Virus record (IMG/VR): IMGVR_UViG_2802429175_000002
Source of the DNA: a virus
Taxonomy: Duplodnaviria > Heunggongvirae > Uroviricota > Caudoviricetes
Reading direction: 5' to 3' (one strand)
DNA length: 64,000 nucleotides
The notes under the pieces were generated by a model. That model ran no database searches. It saw only the letters and a list, made by a program, of their open reading frames with translations, and was not told the origin of the DNA. How positions within the stretch are numbered: the first letter of the stretch is position 1; every line of letters starts with the position of its first letter. Positions 38,852 through 47,968 of the stretch are shown here, one piece after another. The position numbers were made by a program, and so were the translations under genes.

Positions 38852-39261
38852 GTTACACCATCGCGGACATCGAAGAGCTAGTCGAGCAGACTGGCTGGGA
38901 TTACACGTACCGGAGCGGCGACACCGAGCGCGTCAGTGGGTGGACTGAGTTCATGGAGTACGTCCATGTCAGCCGGAAGCGGTGGAACTCGGACACTCGC
39001 GGATACGATCCGATCCCTGAGTCGGAGATCGAGTACCGCCACTTCGAAGGCTTCGGTCGCATTGAAGTCGTTGATAGTTTCGGCGGTGAAGGCCAGGGCG
39101 ACCAGTATTGGTTTGTCTTCAAGGTCACCGATGATAACGGTGAAGTCCGCTACTTCCGCCGCGACGGCTGGTATGCCTCGTTCAATGGGGGGTATTACGA
39201 CGGCCCGACCGAAGAGGTTGTAGCGCAGGAGAAGACGATCCAGGTCTGGGTGAAGAAGTGA
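38848..39261 (+). CDS. hypothetical protein, paralog 3 of a tandem triplet
   Basis: N-terminus (V)SYTIADIEEL. C-terminal motif YWFVFKVTDDNGEVRYFRRDGWYASF...PTEEV...W. Confidence 0.5.
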   Translation: MSYTIADIEELVEQTGWDYTYRSGDTERVSGWTEFMEYVHVSRKRWNSDTRGYDPIPESEIEYRHFEGFGRIEVVDSFGGEGQGDQYWFVFKVTDDNGEVRYFRRDGWYASFNGGYYDGPTEEVVAQEKTIQVWVKK

Positions 39262-39443
39262 CCCCAGAAGCGATCACGGAAGTCGCGCGTCAGATCGCGA
39301 TAGAACATCTGGAAGACGGAATCGAGTTCAGCTCAGTCTATGAGCGTGACGAACTCAGCGAGGTGGATGAGGACGTCTTGCGGGACATCCACGACCAGGC
39401 GAACGACTTTATCAACGAGTTGGCAAGGAGTATGGGCGCGTGA
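39258..39443 (+). CDS. hypothetical protein
   Basis: 61-aa ORF with a GTG start overlapping the upstream stop. Confidence 0.4.
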   Translation: MTPEAITEVARQIAIEHLEDGIEFSSVYERDELSEVDEDVLRDIHDQANDFINELARSMGA

Positions 39444-40039
39444 GCGTTGGCGAAGTGATGACCACCTCCTCCACAGGAGGGCAGAAGGCGGGCAACGACG
39501 TTCGCATGTCACTGCCTCCCGTACGCGAGCTGCTCGAGGTCGCAGAGCTCTACGGCAAGGGCGCGAAGAAGTACTCAGACCACAACTGGGCCAAGGGCTA
39601 TGAGTGGTCTAAGAGCTATGACGCCATGATGCGCCACGCCATGGAATGGTGGGCAGGCAACGAGTTCGACGAGGGCGAGGGTGGCACTGGTCAGGAACAC
39701 CTGGACGCAGTAATCTTCCACGCCTTGACGCTCAAGTACTTCCGCAAGCATTTCCCCGAGTTTGATGACCGCTTCAAAATCCCGAAGAGGCCAGAGGAGA
39801 AGCTCGGCGAGCAGGTGTGGCCGAAGGTGCCTCGACCCAGGGAGGTTAAAAACCTGGACGAAGCGTGGATGCGGGAGTTCGAATGGCGCAGCAGGTATCT
39901 GATTTATGCTTGGAGGGCCGACAGCGGAAAATCAGGTTGGCATTACCGTGCTGATGACCCGGGCCATCACAGGTGGTCGTGGTCTTCGGAGAACCTGCTC
40001 ACTTACACCTATAACAACGGGCCGTTCACCCGCGACTAA
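39440..40039 (+). CDS. hypothetical protein (possible nucleotide pyrophosphohydrolase-like N-terminal domain)
   Basis: The motif GKGAKKYSDHNWAKGYEW resembles the KY...NW..G signature of phage dNTP diphosphohydrolase N-domains. Tentative. Confidence 0.4.
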   Translation: MSVGEVMTTSSTGGQKAGNDVRMSLPPVRELLEVAELYGKGAKKYSDHNWAKGYEWSKSYDAMMRHAMEWWAGNEFDEGEGGTGQEHLDAVIFHALTLKYFRKHFPEFDDRFKIPKRPEEKLGEQVWPKVPRPREVKNLDEAWMREFEWRSRYLIYAWRADSGKSGWHYRADDPGHHRWSWSSENLLTYTYNNGPFTRD

Positions 40040-40260
40040 TGCGCTATTCCGAAAAGGGCTGGATCGGCCTGGTGGCGTACATCGCCGCCATTGAATACTT
40101 TGCGCCCGAAGATGAGAAGCTCAGCCACCAGTTCGATAGGTGGCTGAGCTCTCGTCTTGGATGGGCTATTTGTCATGCGGCAGTGGCTATTACAGGACTG
40201 CATCTCCTGAACTACCTGAATGAGAGGGTCGACCCGTACGCAGGCTTCGGCCGAAAATAG
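40039..40260 (+). CDS. hypothetical membrane protein
   Basis: 73 aa with hydrophobic segments. Confidence 0.4.
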   Translation: MRYSEKGWIGLVAYIAAIEYFAPEDEKLSHQFDRWLSSRLGWAICHAAVAITGLHLLNYLNERVDPYAGFGRK

Positions 40261-40275
40261 CTACCCACATGAACC
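40261..40275 (-). promoter_or_regulatory. conserved motif copy, reverse orientation (CTACCCACATGAACC)
   Basis: Its ATG is the start codon of the 40269 ORF (MNP...). Confidence 0.5.
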
Positions 40276-40538
40276 CGGGATGCCGAAATACACTGGGACA
40301 CATGGAAACTTTGAAAACACCAGGGACACAGCTCCCATTCCACTACTCCAACGGACACGTCACGGTCGCACTGGAGGATGGACGTTACCTCCTGATCGTC
40401 GCAGGGCCAGACGCGCTCGTAGCGTCGCCAAAGAGCGCCTGGGTGCAGACCGTGGAAGAGCGCAACGAGATGGCTGACAGGCTGCTCGAGGCCCTTCTCA
40501 CTGGTACGACCCTCGACTGCTTCGCGGCCTCCGAGTGA
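40269..40538 (+). CDS. hypothetical protein
   Basis: The start codon lies inside the conserved motif (CTACCCACATGAACC). Product MNPGC... An alternative ATG is at 40302. Confidence 0.45.
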   Translation: MNPGCRNTLGHMETLKTPGTQLPFHYSNGHVTVALEDGRYLLIVAGPDALVASPKSAWVQTVEERNEMADRLLEALLTGTTLDCFAASE

Positions 40539-40768
40539 GCGCTACGGGCGAGTTCGAGCATTTCGGTCAGCTCGAAGCCATCAGGACGGAAATGGGCGTG
40601 ACCATCCGCGTCACCGAGAACATCTTCGTTCAGGTGCTTGCTCACGAGAGCGGTGACGTACATGCCTTCCTGATGTCCGGTGAGCAATTGCGCTCCATGA
40701 CAGGAGAATTCGTCGCCCATTGGGATGGGCTCGACATCGCGAAGCTCGAAAAGCAGTTCCAGAACTGA
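40535..40768 (+). CDS. hypothetical protein
   Basis: GTG start overlapping the upstream stop. Confidence 0.4.
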   Translation: MSATGEFEHFGQLEAIRTEMGVTIRVTENIFVQVLAHESGDVHAFLMSGEQLRSMTGEFVAHWDGLDIAKLEKQFQN

Positions 40769-40781
40769 GATAGGCGAATAC

Positions 40782-41588
40782 ATGACGGATGCGAAGATCC
40801 TGGCCATCGATATCGAGCGCCAGTCGGCTTTAGTCGACGGTGTATGGGAAGGGAAGCAGTACGGAAGCTGGATTGCCCCCGAACGTGTTATCGAGCCACC
40901 TCGCACCATCTGCTTCGCCTATCGGTGGATTGACGACCCTGACCACAAGACGAAGTTTGTTGCCGAGTGGGATGGAAACCTCCCGCAGGACAACCAGTCC
41001 CACACTCCCGGTGGTGGCCATCAGGCCATGGTGGAGGAAGCCTGGGATCTCCTGTCGGCAGCGGACTACGTCGTCGGCTACAACAGCAAGAACTTCGACG
41101 TCAAGCACCTCAACACCGCGTTCTGGTACTACGACCTCACCCCACCGGCCCCGCATGTGGATATCGATCTCATGAAGGAGATCGCGCGGAACTTCAACCC
41201 ATACGCCAAGTCGATGCGATACGTCGCGAAGGCAAAGGCTATGGACGGCAAGGAAGACACTGAGAAGGGCCTTTGGCGCACACTGCGCTTCGGCCAGGGT
41301 GACGTTCTGCGTCGTGCGCGGAGGTCGATGAAGAAGTACAACATCCGCGATGTCGACCAGACCGTCGAGCTCTTCTACGACTCGCGCCCATGGTTGCGAG
41401 GCATGAACCTCGGCATGTGGGAGACCGACGGTGAGATGCATTGCCCGAATTGCAGTTCCACGCACATCACCCGCCAAGGAACTCGGAAGTCCGCTACGCG
41501 CGAGTATGCCCGGTTCCAGTGTCAGGAATGTGGCAAGTGGTTGCGCGATGTCAAGTCCATGAAATCCATTGAAGTAGTAGGAGTTTAG
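40782..41588 (+). CDS. DEDD-type 3'-5' exonuclease-like protein with C-terminal zinc ribbon
   Basis: N-terminal ILAIDIE acidic motif. C-terminal CPNCSS...CQECGKW. Confidence 0.45.
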   Translation: MTDAKILAIDIERQSALVDGVWEGKQYGSWIAPERVIEPPRTICFAYRWIDDPDHKTKFVAEWDGNLPQDNQSHTPGGGHQAMVEEAWDLLSAADYVVGYNSKNFDVKHLNTAFWYYDLTPPAPHVDIDLMKEIARNFNPYAKSMRYVAKAKAMDGKEDTEKGLWRTLRFGQGDVLRRARRSMKKYNIRDVDQTVELFYDSRPWLRGMNLGMWETDGEMHCPNCSSTHITRQGTRKSATREYARFQCQECGKWLRDVKSMKSIEVVGV

Positions 41589-41589
41589 T

Positions 41590-41799
41590 ATGAGTTCACA
41601 GATTGTTACAACGTTCAAGATCGTGGGCGAGACCGTGGATATCGGTTTCACAGGGATCCCGATTGAGTCGTCCGGCCAGTTTTTCTCCTGGCTTGGCACG
41701 GCTGCGGGAATCAGCGCACTCGCTGACGCCTTCGTCGCAGCCGCGAAAGACTCGGGTGCCTTCCCTGAGGAGTTCATCGCCGAATTGGAGCAGATCTAG
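41590..41799 (+). CDS. hypothetical protein
   Basis: 69-aa ORF. Confidence 0.4.
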   Translation: MSSQIVTTFKIVGETVDIGFTGIPIESSGQFFSWLGTAAGISALADAFVAAAKDSGAFPEEFIAELEQI

Positions 41800-42015
41800 G
41801 TGAGTTTGCGCCCCGATGACACGGTGCTCATTCGCCAGCTGGAAGAGGTTTTCATCAGCGAGCTCGATCGCCAGTACCTAGACGGTGAGATCGAGGAAAC
41901 CACCACGGGCGAAGTCTATTTCGACGCCGTGGATGGTGAGCTGAGCGGTCGCCCGGACTGGTACAAGGCAGTCACCAAGGTGATGGAGGCCTACTGGGCT
42001 GAGGAAGGACGTTGA
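41800..42015 (+). CDS. hypothetical protein
   Basis: GTG start directly after the upstream stop. Confidence 0.4.
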   Translation: MSLRPDDTVLIRQLEEVFISELDRQYLDGEIEETTTGEVYFDAVDGELSGRPDWYKAVTKVMEAYWAEEGR

Positions 42016-42536
42016 TGGGAAAGCTGAATGGGGATCATCTGGATCCCACCGCGATCGACATCTCCACTGACCCGCTGGAGCGCCGCATGCGCGGCACCAC
42101 TGCCCACGGCTGGATTCCGTTCGACGTCCCATTTATGACGGAGATCGGCCCCAACCTCTGGCAGGGCGGCTGCGAGACTGGGCTGAAGCTTCCCGGGAAC
42201 ATCAAGCACCTTGTGTCCCTCTACCCGTGGGAGCGCTACAAGACTCACGAGCATCTCGCCTCGGAGCTTTACGTCACCATGTATGACTCGACAGGGCAGG
42301 ACACCTCACAGATCGAGGAGATCGCCCTCTGGGTTGCAGCTAAGAGGCGAACCGGCCCCGTGTTGGTTCATTGCCAGGCAGGCCTGAACCGGTCGGCTCT
42401 GATTGCTGCGCGTGCTCTTTGGCTTGACGGGGAAATCGGTACCGGCAAGGAGATCGTTGAGCACCTTCGTGCTACTCGATCCCCAGCGGTTCTATGCAAC
42501 CCCGCGTTCGAAGCCGAGGTGCTGTCATGGGTGTGA
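42012..42536 (+). CDS. dual-specificity/tyrosine protein phosphatase
   Basis: CX5R active-site loop VHCQAGLNRS. Confidence 0.6.
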   Translation: MMGKLNGDHLDPTAIDISTDPLERRMRGTTAHGWIPFDVPFMTEIGPNLWQGGCETGLKLPGNIKHLVSLYPWERYKTHEHLASELYVTMYDSTGQDTSQIEEIALWVAAKRRTGPVLVHCQAGLNRSALIAARALWLDGEIGTGKEIVEHLRATRSPAVLCNPAFEAEVLSWV

Positions 42537-43099
42537 CCGTATGCCGGAAGCCTTGGAAGACTCCAATGGACACCTGGCTGGAAGTGGAGACGCCTGCGGT
42601 GGTGTGGAAGCACGTCCCATTTTTGGAGGAACGCTTCCAAGTATCCAACACAGGACAGGTTCGCACGCGCCCCTACCACAAGGAGTACGTGCGGAAGGAC
42701 GGCACTACATTCGCCCGTCACTACCGAGGTCGCCTGCTGATCCAGCGGGTTGGCGGCGGAGGAGGTGGCCGACACCTCCTGAACGACCACCTGTATGTGT
42801 CGATCTACCGAGGTTCGGGCCGCGAAAGCAGCTGGACCCAGGACCACCGAGTCGACACCCTCGTGGCGTCGGCATTCCACGGACTGCCATACGACCGCAA
42901 TGACCGCAGCGCATGCCAACTCTGGCGAGTCCAGCATCTTGACGGCGACCCCGACAACTGCAGCGCGGAGAACCTGAAATGGGTGCACAGCTTCGGTAGT
43001 GGGGATATCCAGTCCCGCTACAACGAGCAGCTGACGAAATGGGAAGCCCATGACGTGTCTGTCGAGTCCTTCATGGACCGCTTCTACTCAGTCGCATGA
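42527..43099 (+). CDS. HNH homing endonuclease (HNH_3 / NUMOD-like)
   Basis: Motifs VSNTGQVRT and HLDGDPDNCSAENLKW. Confidence 0.55.
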   Translation: MGVTVCRKPWKTPMDTWLEVETPAVVWKHVPFLEERFQVSNTGQVRTRPYHKEYVRKDGTTFARHYRGRLLIQRVGGGGGGRHLLNDHLYVSIYRGSGRESSWTQDHRVDTLVASAFHGLPYDRNDRSACQLWRVQHLDGDPDNCSAENLKWVHSFGSGDIQSRYNEQLTKWEAHDVSVESFMDRFYSVA

Positions 43100-43204
43100 A
43101 GCGACTAATTGAGTCCTACCGCAGGTTGTTTCACTTCCGGCGCGCCGCACAACGTCCCGTGACCGTAGCCGAACTACTCACCAACAAACTCTAGGAGAAC
43201 GCTT

Positions 43205-44065
43205 ATGCCGCCCACAATGTGGATCACCCTGATCCTGCTCATCGTCGCCGGAATCGCTCTGGTCGCTACTCCGATTCTTCGTAAGGAAGATCGCCCAGCT
43301 TCCCTCCTGGTAACTGGAGTCGCGGGAGTGCTTGCGCTCGTCTTCGGTATCTTCGCGTCAATTACCACCGTTGGCACTCGCCAGATTGGTATCGAGACCA
43401 CCTTTGGCCGACCGAACGGATCGACACTGTCGAATGGTCTGCACTTCAAGGCCCCATGGGCGCAGGTTACTGAGATGGATGGTGCTATCCAGATCGACCA
43501 GCACAAGGGCGACAACCGCGTCAAGGTTCGTCTGGGCAACTCGTCGACCGCCGACGCTGACGTATCGGTGCGCTGGCAGATCAAGCAGGAAGCCACACCC
43601 GAATTGTTCGTGCAGTACAAGACATTCGACAACGTGCGTACCAACCTGGTGACTCGCAACCTGCAGGTGGCGTTGAACGAAGTGTTCGCGACGTTCGACC
43701 CTTTGGCGCCGAAGAATCTCGACAAGTCTCCACTGCCAGAACTATCGGAGCAGGCCCGCAAGATCCTTGCCGAAAAGGTCGGCACCCAAGTCGAAATCTT
43801 GGACGTAGCTGTCCCGACGATCGACTACGACGAGGGCACGGAAGCCAAGATCAACCAGATCAACCAGGCTCGCGCCGCAACCTCGGTAGCCCTCCAGGAT
43901 CAGCAGACCGCGTCAGCCCAAGCGGACGCTAACAAGAAGCTTGCCGACTCGGTGTCGCACGACCCCAATGTCCTGGTCTCCAAGTGCCTGGACATCGCCA
44001 AGGAGAGGGGCCTCGCGCTCCTCTGCTGGCCGACACCCGTCATGCCGACCGTCCCCACCAAGTAG
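43205..44065 (+). CDS. SPFH/band-7 domain membrane protein
   Basis: N-terminal transmembrane helix followed by a prohibitin/HflC-like domain (VSVRWQIK...LVTRNLQVALNEVF...), then a coiled-coil. Confidence 0.6.
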   Translation: MPPTMWITLILLIVAGIALVATPILRKEDRPASLLVTGVAGVLALVFGIFASITTVGTRQIGIETTFGRPNGSTLSNGLHFKAPWAQVTEMDGAIQIDQHKGDNRVKVRLGNSSTADADVSVRWQIKQEATPELFVQYKTFDNVRTNLVTRNLQVALNEVFATFDPLAPKNLDKSPLPELSEQARKILAEKVGTQVEILDVAVPTIDYDEGTEAKINQINQARAATSVALQDQQTASAQADANKKLADSVSHDPNVLVSKCLDIAKERGLALLCWPTPVMPTVPTK

Positions 44066-44073
44066 GTGGGGAC

Positions 44074-44319
44074 GTGTCTGACGTCAGCCTGATGGCCGCG
44101 CTTATCAAGCAGCATGCGAAGACCCGGGTCAATGGACGCTTCTACGACTGGACTGACGTCTATCCGAACGAGGGTGGAGCCCAGAAGGCCGCAGAGGCGC
44201 TGTATGAGGCGGGTTTCCGCATGATGACCGACGATACGGACAAGGCCCAGAACGCGCGCCTGGATGAACTTGAGCGCCGTCTGGTGCGTCTTGAGGGATG
44301 GGCCGGGTTGCCACTGTGA
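44074..44319 (+). CDS. hypothetical protein
   Basis: In-frame GTG 9 nt after the SPFH stop, with an AGGTGGGG ribosome-binding site. The track ORF starts earlier, inside the SPFH gene. Confidence 0.4.
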   Translation: MSDVSLMAALIKQHAKTRVNGRFYDWTDVYPNEGGAQKAAEALYEAGFRMMTDDTDKAQNARLDELERRLVRLEGWAGLPL

Positions 44320-44714
44320 GCAGGCTACTGGTGGTGGCAGGTGACACCCGAAAGAAGCCGACCGTCATCTGCTGGTGGCGTCGTGAGCTACAGGAGCAGG
44401 ACGGAACGAACTACATCGCCATCAGTCGGCTTGCGGTGGATGGCGGGACAGACTGGAAAGACCCATGGGCGGGGAGTATTGAGTACTTTGATGGCCGCGA
44501 CGATTGGTTATTTCCTTACGCCCACCTCGTCTCACCCACGAAGTCTGTAATAGATAAGTATCCCGTCAAGCTTGACATTGTCGAGGTCTCCCGGAGGCGA
44601 TACTTCCTAGACATCCTTGATGTGACCTGGCCGGGGCGTGGGTGGTTTCGGCTGAGCAAAAACGGAATTCACCACCCGGACGACTATAACGAGTCAGCCT
44701 ATGACTGGCGCTGA
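44316..44714 (+). CDS. hypothetical protein
   Basis: GTG start overlapping the upstream stop. 132 aa. Confidence 0.45.
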   Translation: MSRLLVVAGDTRKKPTVICWWRRELQEQDGTNYIAISRLAVDGGTDWKDPWAGSIEYFDGRDDWLFPYAHLVSPTKSVIDKYPVKLDIVEVSRRRYFLDILDVTWPGRGWFRLSKNGIHHPDDYNESAYDWR

Positions 44715-44898
44715 GATCTACGACCTATGGCGTCCATGCGGTTCGAAGTACTGGTACGAGCTGGAGCACGAAGAGCAGCTTCGCTGGGAAGACTTGTCGC
44801 ACAGCCTCAGTAGTCACAAGGGCCCTGAATATAGGCGTGGCTATGACGCCGGTTATGACGACGGATATGACATGGGCTACAGCGATGCGGAGAGCTAA
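44701..44898 (+). CDS. hypothetical protein
   Basis: 65-aa ORF. Confidence 0.4.
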   Translation: MTGAEIYDLWRPCGSKYWYELEHEEQLRWEDLSHSLSSHKGPEYRRGYDAGYDDGYDMGYSDAES

Positions 44899-44934
44899 GC
44901 CGAGAGCTCGTGAGATAATGGGTAGAGGAACCCA

Positions 44935-45252
44935 TTGCCGACTTCATCGAAGAACGGCCCGCGCTCCCTCGGTCGCACTGGAGTCAAGTTTGACAAGGCG
45001 AAAGCCCGCGTTCTACGCGCAAACCAGATCTGCGACGAGTGCCATGAAATCATCGACCTAACCCTTCCATGGCCCGATCCGAAGAGCGCCACCGTTGACC
45101 ACATCATCCCCGTGAAAGATCTCGCGTGGGATGACCCGTTGTGCTACGACGTCTCGAATCTCGTTCCCTGCCATCTGGTTTGCAACCAACGCCGAGGCGG
45201 GAAGGCGAAGAAGAAGGTCAAGCATCCCACATCCCGCAACTGGCGAGAATAG
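44935..45252 (+). CDS. HNH endonuclease
   Basis: TTG start. Motif CDEC...DHIIP...N...CHLVCN. Confidence 0.55.
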   Translation: MPTSSKNGPRSLGRTGVKFDKAKARVLRANQICDECHEIIDLTLPWPDPKSATVDHIIPVKDLAWDDPLCYDVSNLVPCHLVCNQRRGGKAKKKVKHPTSRNWRE

Positions 45253-45329
45253 AGACAGCAAACACATGCTATCATTAATGTGTAAGCACAGTGTCTGTGC
45301 ATCAAAGACTTTCACGCAAGGACTCTCAA

Positions 45330-45509
45330 ATGGCTAACCAGACCAACAAGCCAGTGGCCGGTACCCCGCAAGCGGATCTCTTCCGCTCGCAGGTGGTTGA
45401 GGCCATTTATGGGTCGGCTGACCGCGACAAGTGGTCACAGGCGAAGGCTCATGGATGGTGGAACGGCACCACTCCCGTCAACGATGGAACTTTCCCGACT
45501 CCGCAGTAA
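45330..45509 (+). CDS. hypothetical protein
   Basis: ATG with an AAGGA ribosome-binding site. 59 aa. Last CDS before the RNA array. Confidence 0.4.
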   Translation: MANQTNKPVAGTPQADLFRSQVVEAIYGSADRDKWSQAKAHGWWNGTTPVNDGTFPTPQ

Positions 45510-45529
45510 GCACTGACTTCTCGGCGTTT

Positions 45530-45568
45530 GGGCCCCGGTTCCTCAGCGGATCGGGGCCCATTTTTATT
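45530..45568 (+). terminator. intrinsic terminator
   Basis: GGGCCCCG...CGGGGCCC stem followed by ATTTTTATT. Confidence 0.6.
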
Positions 45569-45575
45569 CGCTAGA

Positions 45576-45590
45576 GGTTCATGTGGGTGG
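45576..45590 (+). promoter_or_regulatory. conserved motif copy (GGTTCATGTGGGTGG)
   Basis: Lies 8 nt after the terminator and ahead of the tRNA/tmRNA array. Confidence 0.5.
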
Positions 45591-45642
45591 GTCGTAAACT
45601 TAGTTCAGCAAGAGGGGCTACCAGAGCCCAAAACCTGGTGAT

Positions 45643-45713
45643 ATGGGCGTGGTCCAAAGGCAGGACAACGGATTCCAAACCCGTTAGTGGGAGTTCGATT
45701 CTCTCCGCCCGTG
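45643..45713 (+). tRNA. tRNA-Trp (CCA)
   Basis: Acceptor ATGGGCG/CGCCCGT, D-stem GTCC/GGAC, anticodon loop TTCCAAA, T-arm GGGAG-TTCGATT-CTCTC. Hand-folded. Confidence 0.5.
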
Positions 45714-45731
45714 CAATGCCTATGTGTGGCA

Positions 45732-45761
45732 TGACATTTGAAAACTCCATAGAGATATAGT
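45732..45761 (+). promoter_or_regulatory. near-consensus sigma-A-type promoter for the tmRNA
   Basis: -35 TGACAT, 18-nt spacer, -10 TATAGT, about 9 nt upstream of the tmRNA 5' end. Confidence 0.45.
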
Positions 45762-45770
45762 TACTTCAAT

Positions 45771-46161
45771 GGGGCTGACAGGCTTTCGATTGCGAGCCAA
45801 GTCACCAGAGAAGCGTGCCGGGATGCAACGCCCGTAACAGTGCAAACACAATAACTGCAGCTTCTGCTCAGTCCGACTACGCCCTAGCTGCGTAGTTCGG
45901 TGGGGTACAACGGTTCACCCGTTCCGTGTGCCAATCCACCGTCGCCAATACGGGGACCGTCGCTCGGTTGACTAACGGTAGCGGCATACAAATTGCCTTA
46001 GTTCACCCGCCGTGAGGTGTGTAGATCGGCTGTGTACCGTGCGGTATTCCCTTCGAGGGTTTGTCTCGCAGATCGCACGGAATACGAGAAGACTGCGAGC
46101 TACGCACGTAGAGGACTGTGACAAGTCACGTAAGACCCCGGTTCAATTCCGGGCAGCTCCA
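45771..46161 (+). ncRNA. ssrA: tmRNA (ssrA), tag peptide ANTITAASAQSDYALAA
   Basis: 5' GGGGCTGACAGGCTTTCGATTGCG pairs with 3' ...CCCGGTTCAATTCCGGGCAGCTCCA, giving a tRNA-like domain with a G3:U70 pair. The internal tag ORF (45842..45895) ends ...DYALAA-TAG. Confidence 0.7.
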
Positions 46162-46450
46162 CGAGGGGGAGATCCGGGTTCGAGTCCCGGCTGGGTAGCT
46201 AGCAGCTGGCCAGTAGTTCAAGGGCAGAACACCCTCGTTAAACGACGCGTGGCCCCGGCTCGCGATCGACGTCACCACGTCGCGGAAGCGTTTCGGTGGT
46301 GATCAGCCGATTCTACGGGGAATGTGGAGAGACATCTCCGCGCGGCCATGGGGATGCCTGTGGTCACATGGATGACAGGGTAATCCCGCAGTAGGTTCCG
46401 ATAAAAAGGATCCGACCTGAGGTGCCGTACCTGGGCCCTGTTGTCCATCA

Positions 46451-46525
46451 TCTGCTTGTAGGGAAGTTTGGCCATCCCGCCTGGTTTGGGACCAGGAAAC
46501 CGCACGTTCGAATCGTGCCTGGCAG
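46451..46525 (+). tRNA. tRNA-Pro (TGG)
   Basis: Anticodon arm CCTGG-TTTGGGA-CCAGG, T-arm GCACG-TTCGAAT-CGTGC. One acceptor mismatch. Confidence 0.5.
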
Positions 46526-46705
46526 ACTGGTTAGGTTGTCAGTACACCTCCATGAGTAGGGAACTGTTCGTCTGTTCGCGGACGATAGACGTAAATTCGC
46601 GCGCTACGCCCCCCTAGCGTCAACATGGTGGGCTCTACTTGGCTTCAGGCTCTCGTGAGTCTGTGATGCGGTTGCCACGCCGTGCAGGGCCGGAAGGTGG
46701 CGTCT

Positions 46706-46778
46706 TGGCCTGTAGCTCAATTGGTAGAGCAGCGAGCTGTTAACTCGCGAGGTGTAGGTTCGAATCCTTCCAAGCCAG
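46706..46778 (+). tRNA. tRNA-Asn (GTT)
   Basis: D-arm TAGCTCAATTGGTAGAGC, anticodon arm GCGAG-CTGTTAA-CTCGC, T-loop TTCGAAT. Confidence 0.55.
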
Positions 46779-46888
46779 CGTTGGAACGTGGTGCAAGCGT
46801 AGAGCAGCCAAGCGCGACGGCGAGTGGTCAGCACATCGGCAGTCGACGGTCGAAAATGCCAGGGGAAAGCTGGTCGTTCCAAACCTAT

Positions 46889-46965
46889 CTCGTCGCGAAT
46901 AGGCGATCAACGCAGACTGTAAATCTGTTCCTTCGGGTGTGCAGGTTCGACTCCTGACGGCGAGA
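46889..46965 (+). tRNA. tRNA-Tyr (GTA), tentative
   Basis: Anticodon arm GCAGA-CTGTAAA-TCTGT, acceptor CTCGTCG/CGGCGAG, T-loop TTCGACT. The D-arm is atypical. Confidence 0.35.
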
Positions 46966-47040
46966 CAACTTCGTTGGTTGGCCGGGGCAAATGTCAACTG
47001 GGTGGCGACCCGATCGGATGCATACGGTCAAACCGCTCTT

Positions 47041-47112
47041 TGAAGATTGGTGTAACGGCAACACACGACGCTCTGAACGTCGCAGTTCTTGGTTCGAATC
47101 CAGGGTCTTCAG
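47041..47112 (+). tRNA. tRNA-Gln (CTG)
   Basis: Acceptor TGAAGAT/GTCTTCA, anticodon arm CGACG-CTCTGAA-CGTCG, T-arm CTTGG-TTCGAAT-CCAGG. Confidence 0.55.
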
Positions 47113-47194
47113 CTTTTGGGTCAACCGGTAGGTACCTGCCATGAGTTGACTGTCCGGTGGCTCGCATGCCCTCCGTCACAGAAGCATGCCGTAT

Positions 47195-47280
47195 GGAAGG
47201 CTCCGCTGAGTTGGTCGGCAACTGGCTTCGAAACCCAGGGGGCGCATCGTGTCGCAGGGGTTCGACTCCTCAGCTTTCCG
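47195..47280 (+). tRNA. tRNA-Ser (CGA), class II
   Basis: 86 nt. Anticodon loop TTCGAAA, long variable arm, T-loop TTCGACT, acceptor GGAAGGC/GCTTTCC. Confidence 0.45.
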
Positions 47281-47358
47281 CTCTAAGACTTCCACCTGCC
47301 TGAACGGTGGCTGAACAGGTGCACTGAAGATCGCGTCGGTGCTGAAATGGTGGACCAT

Positions 47359-47441
47359 GGAGAGCGCAACTAGTTAGGTGACTAGGCCTGGTTGCTAACC
47401 GGAGCGCTGTTCGCAGTAGGTTTCGAATACCTGCCTCTCCG
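47359..47441 (+). tRNA. tRNA-Ser (GCT), class II
   Basis: 83 nt. Anticodon loop TTGCTAA, variable arm GCG-CTGTT-CGC, T-loop TTCGAAT. Confidence 0.45.
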
Positions 47442-47968
47442 CGTTGCGGCGCTACCCCGCAGCCCTGAAAAGGGACTATGTGCTGTATAAGTGCACTGGG
47501 AAACCAGAGGTAGCACCCACACGAACTCTGTTGTGGGAGATATAGTTGAGACATTCGGGGCATGGCCCATAAGCCACCGCAAGGTGGTGAAAGGTGGGGT
47601 GACAACCCACCACCCGCAAGGGCAATCCATGCAATCCAATCCTCAAGCAGTCAGAGATGGCTGCCAGTGGTCGAGCTACGCGCAAGAGTCCAGGGCCGTG
47701 AACCGGTGGGACGCACCATCCCGTACGTGCGGGTGAAAGCGCTATTGGGCAAGCACACTGTGGAACGGAAGGAACTGAGTCCGAGCCTCGCAAGCAAGGG
47801 CGTGTTCCATGGAGACCATGGGTTGGGACGACGGTTCCATATCGGGTCAAAGAGTGTCGGTAGCCCAGCCAGGCCAAAGCACAAGAGGCGTGAAGCATTC
47901 TGTGCCCTAAAAGGGTTCGGAACTTCATGGGGAAGCACGTCTCTAGTCAAATCATTCTCCGCTGCGAG
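47442..47968 (+). ncRNA. candidate structured non-coding RNA (GNRA-tetraloop-rich) inside the tRNA array
   Basis: About 525 nt with no convincing ORF. It has multiple hairpins capped by GCAA/GCGA loops (CCACCGCAAGGTGG, CCCGCAAGGG, GTGGGGTGACAACCCAC). Confidence 0.35.

Noticed and set aside
46166-46200. A possible additional tRNA immediately after the tmRNA
   Set aside because: Only a T-arm plus a partial acceptor is present, and there is no room for the D and anticodon arms. It is reported instead as an orphan T-arm hairpin.
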